From contig JAZAMN010000004.1 of NCBI GenBank assembly GCA_036229005.1, positions 32,001 through 96,000 of the forward strand: a stretch of DNA of 64,000 nt. Reading direction: 5' to 3'. Shown piece after piece: positions 9,108-18,419 of the stretch (its first letter is position 1; each line of letters begins with the position of its first letter). Below the pieces are notes generated by a model, which worked only from the letters and a program-made list of their open reading frames with translations, did no database searches and had not been told where the DNA came from. A program made the translations under genes and the position numbers. This DNA comes from Myxococcota bacterium. Lineage in GTDB: Bacteria; Myxococcota_A; UBA796; CAJQPC01.

Positions 9108-11072
9108 ATGTTCCTGCTCCTGCTCGCCTGCACCCCCGAGTCTCCAGAAGAGGTGGAGCTGCGCTCTGACTCCGACGGGGATGGGCTCACCTACCAGGAA
9201 GAGGTGGCCGGCTGGACCATCTCACTGAACACCACGGGGTACAGCGAGGACACCGTCAGCGTGACCGTCAGCTCGGACCCCACGGTGGCCGACAGCGACG
9301 GCGACGGCCTGGACGACCAGGAGGAGCTCTGGTACCGCTGCGACCCCATGGCCGCAGACACCGACGGCGACGGCCTCTCCGACTACGACGAGGTCATGCG
9401 CTGGGGGACCAGCCCCTCCCACGTGGACAGCGACGCGGACAGCCGCGGCTCGGACCCCGACTTCCCGGCGCCTCCCCTGAGCTCCCTCTTTGACGGCGCG
9501 GAGCTGGATCTGGACGCGGACGGGGTCCCCGGGGACGGCGCGACCTCCCCCAGCCTCAGCGACAGCGACGGCGACGGGCTCTCCGACTACGAGGAGCTGC
9601 AGTCGACCAGCCGCCTGGCCCACGTGGCCGAGATGCCCACCTTCGCCATGTCCCTGACCCCGGACGCGACCGTGGATCTGAGCCTGGACGTGGTCTACGC
9701 CAGCAGCGAGGGCGTCACGACCTTCCACAAGGCCAGCCTCAGCTCGGACTCCGGCTCCGAGGGCGGCAAGTCCTCTCTGTTCGCGTGGGAGGCCAGCATC
9801 GACTTCTCCACCACCTACAGCAGCACGCAGGAGATCAACGCCTCCTGCTGCGGGACCGACCTGGGGGGCGGCTCGGTGAGCCTCACGGCCGCCCTGGAGA
9901 GCAGCCAGCGCTCCAGCGCCAACGAGACCATGGGCGTCAGCGAGGGCGCCTGGCAGGAGAGCACCCAGGCCTACCAGGACTACAGCGAGCGCAGCAGCAG
10001 CGAGTCCTACAGCGTGCAGGGCGCCCGCGTGCAGGTGCTCGTGGACCTGGAGAACACCAGCGAGAGGGCCTACGTGCTCTCCGACTACGGCCTGCTGGTC
10101 TACACCTACAGCGCCGGCCTGCTCATGCCCCTGGGCACCCTGCGGCCCGAGTTCGACTTCGTGACCCTGGGCCCCGGGGAGTCCGTGTCCGGACTCATCC
10201 TCTCCACCGAGGGCGCGGATCCCACGGCCGTGGCCCAGGCCATGTCCAACCCCCGGACCCTGGTCTTCCGCACCGCCAGCTACGCCATGTCGGACGAGGA
10301 CGGCGTGGACTTCGACTACCAGTTCGAGGAGGTCTACCAGAACACCGCCCGCCTGACCCTGGACTTCGGGGAGGGGGAGGTCGAGCACATCGATCTCGCC
10401 GCCAGCGTCGACCGCGAGCCCTACGGGGACTACGCCGGCGTCCCGCTCTCCCGCGCCCTGGACAGCCTGGAGATCGCCTGGTCCCTGGACACCCACACCA
10501 GCCCCCACACCGGCGGACAGGAGCAGCTGCTCTCCGTGGACGGCCGCGACACGCTGGTCTGGGAGGGCGACCCCGATCCCTGGGAGGGCCTGGACGCGCC
10601 CGGCTACTCCGAGACCGAGGGCCCCGGCCTGCGCTACATGGCCGCCGGCTGGGTGGGCTTCGTGGTCCGCGAGGACGCCGCCAGCCCCGTCGACTACGAC
10701 AACATCCTGGACGTCCCGCTCTTTCCCGGCGACCAGTTCACCTTGGTCTACACCCAGGACAAGGACCGCGACGGCATCTCCGCCCGGGAGGAGGCCCTCA
10801 ACGGCTCTCTGGACGGCCAGATCGACTCCGACGCCCAGGGCGACGGCACCACCGACGGGCTCAGCGACTTCTGGGAGCTCCGGGAGGGCTGGATCGTGCA
10901 GGTCGCCGGCCAGGAGCCCTACCGCGCCTTCAGCAGCCCGGCCCACCTGGACCTGGACGGGGACGGTCTCCGCGACGATCAGGAGCTGGCTCTGGGAACC
11001 GATCCCAACCGCGCGGACACTGATGGGGATGGAAGCCCAGACGATCAGGACCCCGCCCCGCTCACCCGATAG
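9108..11072 (+). CDS. Lipoprotein with DxDGDG repeats and a PA / binary toxin B-like core (paralog 2)
   Basis: ATG at 9108 after GAGG, signal MFLLLLAC; colinear with paralog 1 (LFDGAEL.LDADG, EGLDAPGYS, LSDFWE.REGW); QEINASCCGTDLGGGSVS; YQNTARLTLD. Confidence 0.7.
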   Translation: MFLLLLACTPESPEEVELRSDSDGDGLTYQEEVAGWTISLNTTGYSEDTVSVTVSSDPTVADSDGDGLDDQEELWYRCDPMAADTDGDGLSDYDEVMRWGTSPSHVDSDADSRGSDPDFPAPPLSSLFDGAELDLDADGVPGDGATSPSLSDSDGDGLSDYEELQSTSRLAHVAEMPTFAMSLTPDATVDLSLDVVYASSEGVTTFHKASLSSDSGSEGGKSSLFAWEASIDFSTTYSSTQEINASCCGTDLGGGSVSLTAALESSQRSSANETMGVSEGAWQESTQAYQDYSERSSSESYSVQGARVQVLVDLENTSERAYVLSDYGLLVYTYSAGLLMPLGTLRPEFDFVTLGPGESVSGLILSTEGADPTAVAQAMSNPRTLVFRTASYAMSDEDGVDFDYQFEEVYQNTARLTLDFGEGEVEHIDLAASVDREPYGDYAGVPLSRALDSLEIAWSLDTHTSPHTGGQEQLLSVDGRDTLVWEGDPDPWEGLDAPGYSETEGPGLRYMAAGWVGFVVREDAASPVDYDNILDVPLFPGDQFTLVYTQDKDRDGISAREEALNGSLDGQIDSDAQGDGTTDGLSDFWELREGWIVQVAGQEPYRAFSSPAHLDLDGDGLRDDQELALGTDPNRADTDGDGSPDDQDPAPLTR

Positions 11073-11107
11073 AGGGCCCGGGGCGCCCCGCCCCGGAGGA
11101 CCCCCGC

Positions 11108-11590
11108 GTGAAGAAACTCAGTGCCCTGATGGGTGTGTTGGCCCTCTCCCTGGTCATGTTCTTCCTGTGGATGACCCGGAGCTGGCCCTTCGACGCCCTG
11201 CCCGACGCCCCCGTCACCGCCTGGGAGGACGCCAGCGTCGAGGCCGACGCCCTCACCGTCACCGGCACCGCCCAGTACGAGCTGCGCGTGAGCATCACCC
11301 GCGGGGCCGCCCTGGGCCGCGAGGAGCAGACGCTGTACCTCTTCCCGCTGATGAAGCCTGGGGACATCAACGCCAAGGAGATCCGCATCATGGTGGCCTC
11401 GCCGGTGGAGCCCGATCGCTTCACCACCTACGAGGACCTCACCGTGTCGGGGTGGGCCCTCCCGCCCGCGGCCGCCATGACCTATCAGCTCGAAGACTCC
11501 TTCATGGAGCGCGGCTATAGCTTCACCGACGACTACTTCGTGTTGGAGGTCTTCCCCCCGCAGGAGGGTCAACAAACACCCCCTGAGTGA
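11108..11590 (+). CDS. Hypothetical membrane-anchored protein
   Basis: GGAGGA RBS, GTG start, N-terminal TM helix followed by a beta-rich domain, GC3-biased codons. Confidence 0.7.
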   Translation: MKKLSALMGVLALSLVMFFLWMTRSWPFDALPDAPVTAWEDASVEADALTVTGTAQYELRVSITRGAALGREEQTLYLFPLMKPGDINAKEIRIMVASPVEPDRFTTYEDLTVSGWALPPAAAMTYQLEDSFMERGYSFTDDYFVLEVFPPQEGQQTPPE

Positions 11591-11653
11591 GGAGGGGGGT
11601 GGATCCTGAATCACCCAGGGCCCACCAAAGCCCCCGTTGACCGCCCAAAAACC

Positions 11654-11669
11654 TGGCACGACTCCTGCA
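11654..11669 (+). promoter_or_regulatory. Sigma-54 (-24/-12) promoter motif
   Basis: TGGCAC-GACTC-CTGCA: GG at 11655-56 and GC at 11667-68 with exact 10-nt spacing, preceded by an A-tract; no substantial + strand ORF follows. Confidence 0.6.
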
Positions 11670-11685
11670 GCAGTCGAGGACACGC

Positions 11686-12003
11686 GGAGACGAAGGACGT
11701 CGCCGCAGAGCATGGGCTGCAGTCCAGCCAGGAGCGCGCTCCCGGACGCGGATTGCTCGGTGTTCTGTCTCTACGATTCTCTGCTGTGGCGGCGTCCTTC
11801 GGCTCTTTGACGTCGATTCGCACCCCTCGACCGAAGGTCGGAGGGGTCGAATCTGACGCTACGTCGATTCGCAGTCCACGACCGCAGGTCGGAGGGGTCG
11901 AATCTGACGCTACGTCGATTCGCAGTCCACGACCGCAGGTCGGGGGCTCGAATCTGACGCCCCGTCGATTCGGCTGAGCCCGCAGGGCGTGCTGAATCTG
12001 ACG
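11686..12003 (+). ncRNA. Candidate structured non-coding RNA (long 5' helix plus four tandem hairpins)
   Basis: 11691-11708 pairs with 11784-11801 (18 bp, two G.U pairs in + sense); begins about 20 nt after the sigma-54 motif; followed by the hairpin array. Confidence 0.4.
11811..12003 (+). repeat. Array of four CGTC...GACG palindromic stem-loop units (period 51/51/50 bp)
   Basis: Units 11811-11858, 11862-11909, 11913-11959, 11963-12003; each CGTC-GATTCG...[C/T]GAATC-T-GACG with an apical GAA or GCA triloop. Confidence 0.9.
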
Positions 12004-12013
12004 CCCGTCGAGC

Positions 12014-13372
12014 CTAGAGACTCGGCTCCCACTCCAGCACCCCGATCCACCCCATCCCCTCGGCGGCCCCGCTGCACGGCGCCTTCGGGTGGCCGACCGC
12101 GAGCTCCTGTTGGCCGTCGCCGTCGAAGTCCCCCGTGGCGATGCGGTGCTCGCTGACCTCGACCGAGGACTCGCAGGGGAGCAGCAGGCTGTCCAGCTTC
12201 TGCCAGCCGCTGCGGGTTGTGGGGGCGCGCACACGGATCAGCGAGTCGCGGTCCAGGGCGACCAAGGCCCGCTGCTCCGGCCAGGCGGCCTGCTGGGTGA
12301 AGGAGTTGTTGCCCGTCTGCAGGGTGGTGATCCAGGCGAGCTCCGGGCCCTCGAACACCCCGAGCTGGGTCGCCGAAGCCTGCTCGGCCGGGGTGCCTGG
12401 CCAGCCGGGCAGTGCGAACTCCCCCACGCCGTCGCCGTCCGTATCGCTCAGGGCGACCAGGCCCATGTGCCCCGGGGTCACCGAGATCTGCGCCGGCGTG
12501 TCGCCCCAGTCCACCTTCTGCTCGCGGCCGGCGGCGGGCAGCAGCTTGCTGCTCAGGAGCATCGCCCCCGCCTGGCTGCCGCCGTCGCAGGCCGGCGCCA
12601 GGGCCAGGATGTCGGGCAGGCCGTCGCCGTCCATGTCGCTGTTCACCTGCACCCGGTCGCCCAGGTACGCGCCGTCCGAGTCCATCTGGAAGCGCGCCCC
12701 CAGGGTGTCGGCGCGGTGGAAGCCGCTGCCCGTGGCGGCCAGGTCCGCGCCGAAGAAGATCCAGACCTCCCCAGCGCGGGCGGGCATGCCGGTGAGTGGG
12801 GCGCCCACGACCAGGTCCATCAAGCCGTCGCCGTCCAGATCCCCGGCGTCCAGGTCCAGCCCCAGGCGCCAGGCGTTCTCCCGGCCGCCGATCTGCAGCG
12901 CGGCCTGCTCGAAGGCCAGGGCGCCCTCCTGCGCGAGCTGCGCGCCGGTGAAGATGTGCACCAGCCCGTGCTCGGTGTCCGGCTGGGAGATGGCCAGCTC
13001 GCCCAGCCCGTCGCCGTCGAGATCCCCCAGGGCCTGCACCGCGCTGTGCCCCGGCGTGAAGGGCTCCGCGCAGGAGCCCAGGGGGACGAGCCACTCTCCC
13101 AGCGCGCCCAGCTCGATTCGGCGCGTGGACTCGCTCAGGGAGGTCTCGTGGCCGGTGAGGATGTGGAGCACCGGGCGCCCACCGTTCTCGCCGGTCTCGG
13201 TGGCCACCCCCAGGTTGTCGATCCCGTCGCCGTCGAGGTCACCGAGGTTGAACACGGCCTCGCCACTCCTGTCCTCGCCGGTGCCGAGGATCTCCCACTG
13301 GGTGTGGGCCTCCACCGAGGCGTCGTCAGGTTGGGCCGAGAGGCACCCAATGGTCAGCAGTGTCGTCAGCAT
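12014..13372 (-). CDS. FG-GAP (integrin alpha-like) repeat lipoprotein
   Basis: GDLDGDGIDNLGV, GDLDGDGLGELAIS, GDLDGDGLMDLVVGAP, GDFDGDGQQELAVG; signal MLTTLLTIGC. Confidence 0.85.
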   Translation of the reverse strand: MLTTLLTIGCLSAQPDDASVEAHTQWEILGTGEDRSGEAVFNLGDLDGDGIDNLGVATETGENGGRPVLHILTGHETSLSESTRRIELGALGEWLVPLGSCAEPFTPGHSAVQALGDLDGDGLGELAISQPDTEHGLVHIFTGAQLAQEGALAFEQAALQIGGRENAWRLGLDLDAGDLDGDGLMDLVVGAPLTGMPARAGEVWIFFGADLAATGSGFHRADTLGARFQMDSDGAYLGDRVQVNSDMDGDGLPDILALAPACDGGSQAGAMLLSSKLLPAAGREQKVDWGDTPAQISVTPGHMGLVALSDTDGDGVGEFALPGWPGTPAEQASATQLGVFEGPELAWITTLQTGNNSFTQQAAWPEQRALVALDRDSLIRVRAPTTRSGWQKLDSLLLPCESSVEVSEHRIATGDFDGDGQQELAVGHPKAPCSGAAEGMGWIGVLEWEPSL

Positions 13373-13445
13373 CCGTCCCTACCCTAGCGCACGCATCCCG
13401 GATCCGCGGGCGCGCCCCCGCATCTCTTCTGCGTTAACGCGGCGA

Positions 13446-14111
13446 ATGGCCTTCACCTCCCGGGATCACGTCCGAGCTGCGCTGCTGGCGCTCGTGCTGG
13501 CCGTCCACGGCTACCTGGCGCTGCCGATCCCGGGCAAGGTCTCCGAGGCCAGCTTCAAGCACCCCATCGCGGACGAGGAGCTGGCGCGCTGGTCCGGCAT
13601 CCTCTCCGGCGTGGGGATCGAGCGCACCCCGGACGAGCTCAAGGCCGAGCTGATCGAGCGCTTCGGCGGCCTGGCGGAGGCCCGCAAGGAGTCCATAAAG
13701 CCCATCCGGCCCCTGCTGCGGCTCACCGGGACCGGGCAGGCCTGGGGGCTGTTCACCTACCCGAACTCCTTCCCGCACACCATGCACATCCAGCTCCAGG
13801 TGGATGGCCAGTGGCGGCCGCTCTACCTGCCCCTGGATCCCGAGCACGACTGGAACAAGCGCCTGTTCGTGTTCCGCCGCATCCGCGGGGTCTACGACGA
13901 CAACGCGAACAACGCCCGGCAGAGCTACGACAACTTCGTGGACTGGGTGGCGCTGATGGCCCTGCGCGAGCACCCCGAGGCCAGCGCGGTGCAGGTCCAC
14001 TACGTGCGCGGCCACGTCACGCTCCCCGGTGAGCCCAAGGACCCGAGCACCAAGGAGAAGCACAAGCGCGTGCGCACCCGGGCGGGCTTTGAGCAGGAGG
14101 GCCGGCTGTGA
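13446..14111 (+). CDS. Membrane-anchored partner of an HTTM protein (SdpA/DUF5819-like)
   Basis: ATG at 13446, N-terminal TM helix, GQAWGLFTYPN motif, GTGA overlap with the HTTM gene. Confidence 0.6.
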   Translation: MAFTSRDHVRAALLALVLAVHGYLALPIPGKVSEASFKHPIADEELARWSGILSGVGIERTPDELKAELIERFGGLAEARKESIKPIRPLLRLTGTGQAWGLFTYPNSFPHTMHIQLQVDGQWRPLYLPLDPEHDWNKRLFVFRRIRGVYDDNANNARQSYDNFVDWVALMALREHPEASAVQVHYVRGHVTLPGEPKDPSTKEKHKRVRTRAGFEQEGRL

Positions 14112-15082
14112 AGGCCCTCTGGCAGCGCTGGGTGGGGCTGTGGTCTCTGCGGGAGCTCCCCACGATGCTGGCGCTGATCCGCATCTTCGTGGGGCTGGTG
14201 CTGCTCTGGGACTTTGCCGAGATCGGGCTGCACGGCATCGCCGACGAGCTCTGGTCCCCCGAAGAGTACGGCGGCCTGCCCTCCCGCGTGCTGCAGCGGG
14301 CCAAGCCCCCGGAGATCTTCGGCTTCTTCGACCCGGGACCGGAGCTTGCCTGGGGTCTGTGGGGCTTCATCCTGCTGATGCTGGTGCTCTGGACCCTGGG
14401 CGTCGCCCCCGCGGTGGTCGGCGTGCTGCTGGTGCTGGCCTACGCCCAGACCGCGCTGATCCTGCCCCTGGGCGACCGCGGCATCGACCTGGCCCTGCGC
14501 AACGTCATGCTCATCCTGGTCTTCTCCCGCTGCGGGGACACCCTGAGCCTGCCCGCGCGCCTCAAGACCGGCTCGTGGCTGGGAGACGGCAGCCTGGCTC
14601 CAGCCTGGCCCCGCCACCTGATCATCATCCAGCTCGTGCTCATCTACTTTCTGGCCGGCGTGCAGAAGACCGCGCTGACCTGGACCCCGCTGGGGGGCTA
14701 CAACGCGCTCTACGTGGTGCTCCACGACCCGCACATCGCGCGCTTTGACTGGGCGGGCATGGGCTGGCTGGACGGCATGGTGTGGCCGCTGCGCATCGGC
14801 ACCGCCGCCACCAAGCTCTTCGAGTGGGGGGCGCCCCTGTTCCTGCTGGCCTACTGGTTCCGGCTCACCGCGGAGCGTGGGGGTCGACTCCGGAGCTTCT
14901 TCCTGCGCTTTGATGTGCGTCTCTGGCTGGTCGCGGTCGGCGCCATCCTGCACCTGGGCATCGCCCTGACCATGCAGCTTGGCATCTTCCCCTGGGCCAT
15001 GCTGGCGCTCTACCCGGCCTTCTTCCACCCCGATGAGCTGCAAGCCCTGCTGGCCCGGATCCGAGGCCGGCGCACGGAGTAG
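14108..15082 (+). CDS. HTTM-domain membrane protein (SdpB / vitamin K-dependent carboxylase-like)
   Basis: LALIRIFVGL, AWPRHLIIIQLVLIYFLAGVQK, LHLGIALTMQLGIFPWAM; multiple TM helices. Confidence 0.8.
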   Translation: MKALWQRWVGLWSLRELPTMLALIRIFVGLVLLWDFAEIGLHGIADELWSPEEYGGLPSRVLQRAKPPEIFGFFDPGPELAWGLWGFILLMLVLWTLGVAPAVVGVLLVLAYAQTALILPLGDRGIDLALRNVMLILVFSRCGDTLSLPARLKTGSWLGDGSLAPAWPRHLIIIQLVLIYFLAGVQKTALTWTPLGGYNALYVVLHDPHIARFDWAGMGWLDGMVWPLRIGTAATKLFEWGAPLFLLAYWFRLTAERGGRLRSFFLRFDVRLWLVAVGAILHLGIALTMQLGIFPWAMLALYPAFFHPDELQALLARIRGRRTE

Positions 15083-15091
15083 AGTGGGGGC

Positions 15092-16669
15092 ATGATTCTG
15101 CTCCTCACGCACCTCGCCTACGCCACCTGTCCTCAGACGCTCTACGCGCCCACCGAGTCTTTCGGTGATGCCCGCGGTGAGGTCAGCCCAGAGCTCAGCT
15201 CCCAGCTCGACACGCTGCTGTTCCCCGAGCGGCTGCCGGATCGGGCCGGGATCCGCACGGACCAGCTCGCGATCTTCCACCAGGGGGCGCTGATCTACGA
15301 GCGCGCGGCGGCGGGCTATACGCCGGAGTCCAAGCACCTGTACTGGTCGGCGAGCAAGTCCTTCACGGCGGTGCTGGCGGGTATCGCGGAGCACCGGGGG
15401 CTGCTGGACCCCACCCTGAGCGTCTGCGAGTACGTGGAGACGGAGTCCGCCGACACCTGCCAGGTCACGGTGCACCAGCTCATGGAGTTCTCCAGCGGCA
15501 TCGCGTGGCGCGAGACCTACGAGGGGGAGTCGCCCACGGCCTCGGCGGTGCTCGCCATGCTCTACGGGGCGGGCCGCTACGACATGAGCCGCTTCGTGGG
15601 CAGCCTGAACCTGCAGGACCCACCGGGCAGCACCTACCAGTACAGCTCCGGCGACACCAACCTGCTCTCGGCGGTGGTGCGCTCGGTGCTGGAGCCCCAC
15701 TTTGGCCGGGACTACGCCTGGACCCTGCTCTTCGACCCCATCGGCATCGAGTCGGCGACCTGGGAGCGGGACGCCAGCGGCACACCGGTGGGCAGCTCCT
15801 ATTTGTACCTGACCCCCCACGACGCGGCGCGCTTTGGGCACCTGCTGCTCAACGACGGCTGCTGGGAGGGCCCGGGAGGAGCGACCGAGCGGCATGTTCC
15901 AGAGGGTTGGCTCACCGCCGCGACCACCTTGAACCCCGCCGCCGCTGGGGGATCCAACCGCGAGCGAGGACCGGGTGAGAACCAGGGCCGGCAGTTCTGG
16001 GTGAACTGGCCCAACCCCGCCGAGGGCGAGGGCCCGCGCTGGTCGGATGTCCCCATGAACGCCTTCGCCGCCCAGGGGCACTGGCACCAGCGCATCTTTG
16101 TGCTGCCGGACCAGGAGCTCGTGGCGGTGATGACCGCGGACGACCGCGACCACAGCATCGACGACAACCAGTGGCTGCCGATGGCGATGGCGCTGGCCGA
16201 GTCCCGCGGGGAGAGCGCCACCAGCCCGCCGGCCTCTGCCCCCGACGGTGCGCGGCTGCTGGGGACCCTGGGGGGCTCGGGCGAGGACGTGTTCGCCGAC
16301 GTGCTCGCCGACCCCGCCGGCCTGGAGGCTGCCCTCGAAAGCGTCGAGGGCGTCTCGGTCGCCACCCCCGAGCAGGTGACCGTCGCGCTGCCAGAGCCCC
16401 CCGAGGGCTTCGTCTCCACGCCGCCCCCCGAGACCTACGACAACGCCCTGCTGATGCTGGCCACCGGTTTCGCCGCGAAAGAAGGGTGTAGCTGCATCTT
16501 CGTGACCGGCAGGGACGAGGAGACCTGCAAGGCCTACCTCAAGGTCAGCCCCGACGTGGCCAAGATCCGCGTGGACTACGAGGCCAAGCGGGTGACCTCA
16601 CGGGCGCTGGGCATGTCCCCGTCTCGTGCGCGGTGGGTGAGCGAGCGAGACGGGTGCGTACTGGAGTAG
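15092..16669 (+). CDS. Serine hydrolase (beta-lactamase class C-like) with an extra C-terminal Cys-containing domain
   Basis: WSASKS (SxxK), PGSTYQYSSG, DAARFG, FAAQGHWHQ; C-terminal ATGFAAKEGCSCIFVTGR...GCVLE. Confidence 0.85.
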   Translation: MILLLTHLAYATCPQTLYAPTESFGDARGEVSPELSSQLDTLLFPERLPDRAGIRTDQLAIFHQGALIYERAAAGYTPESKHLYWSASKSFTAVLAGIAEHRGLLDPTLSVCEYVETESADTCQVTVHQLMEFSSGIAWRETYEGESPTASAVLAMLYGAGRYDMSRFVGSLNLQDPPGSTYQYSSGDTNLLSAVVRSVLEPHFGRDYAWTLLFDPIGIESATWERDASGTPVGSSYLYLTPHDAARFGHLLLNDGCWEGPGGATERHVPEGWLTAATTLNPAAAGGSNRERGPGENQGRQFWVNWPNPAEGEGPRWSDVPMNAFAAQGHWHQRIFVLPDQELVAVMTADDRDHSIDDNQWLPMAMALAESRGESATSPPASAPDGARLLGTLGGSGEDVFADVLADPAGLEAALESVEGVSVATPEQVTVALPEPPEGFVSTPPPETYDNALLMLATGFAAKEGCSCIFVTGRDEETCKAYLKVSPDVAKIRVDYEAKRVTSRALGMSPSRARWVSERDGCVLE

Positions 16670-16693
16670 GCCCCTGAGTGATGCGCCTGGGGT

Positions 16694-16949
16694 GGCTACG
16701 GCCCCTGAATGACGCAGTGGGGGAGGCTACGGCCCTCGAGTGAGCGCTCTGCTGAGGCTACGCCCCACCGGTGAGCGCTCTGGCCACCGAACCGGCCCAG
16801 AATCACCCGGATTCGCCGGATCTTGAGCCGTTTTGGCCGTCTGAGGGGCGATTCGGTCACCAGATCGCTCACTGAGTGCCCGTAGCCTCGGGGAAGCGCT
16901 CATCCGCACCCCGTAGCCACCAACCCTCGCTCATTCAGACCCCGTAGCC
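16694..16949. repeat. Mirror-symmetric palindromic element: three 31-bp-period units in each arm
   Basis: GGCTACG at 16694, 16725, 16756 and its complement CGTAGCC at 16881, 16912, 16943; all three pairs are symmetric about 16821/16822; lies between convergent genes. Confidence 0.85.
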
Positions 16950-16985
16950 GCCACTGAGTGCGGCTCGGCCCTGAGTCCCCAGCGC

Positions 16986-18389
<1,404 letters not shown>

Positions 18390-18419
18390 CTAATGGGCCC
18401 CTCTCTCTGGAGTACCCCG

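Noticed and set aside
11811..12003. CRISPR array
   Set aside because: Units are self-complementary with near-identical interiors rather than unique spacers, and no cas genes are in the window
11611..12234. 207-aa minus-strand ORF and 74-aa plus-strand ORF across the hairpin array
   Set aside because: Their peptide repeats simply follow from the 51-bp period; no RBS or codon bias, and the longer one overlaps the FG-GAP gene
12135..13445. N-terminal 437 codons of the 658-aa ORF
   Set aside because: Antisense to the FG-GAP gene; the real protein starts at ATG 13446
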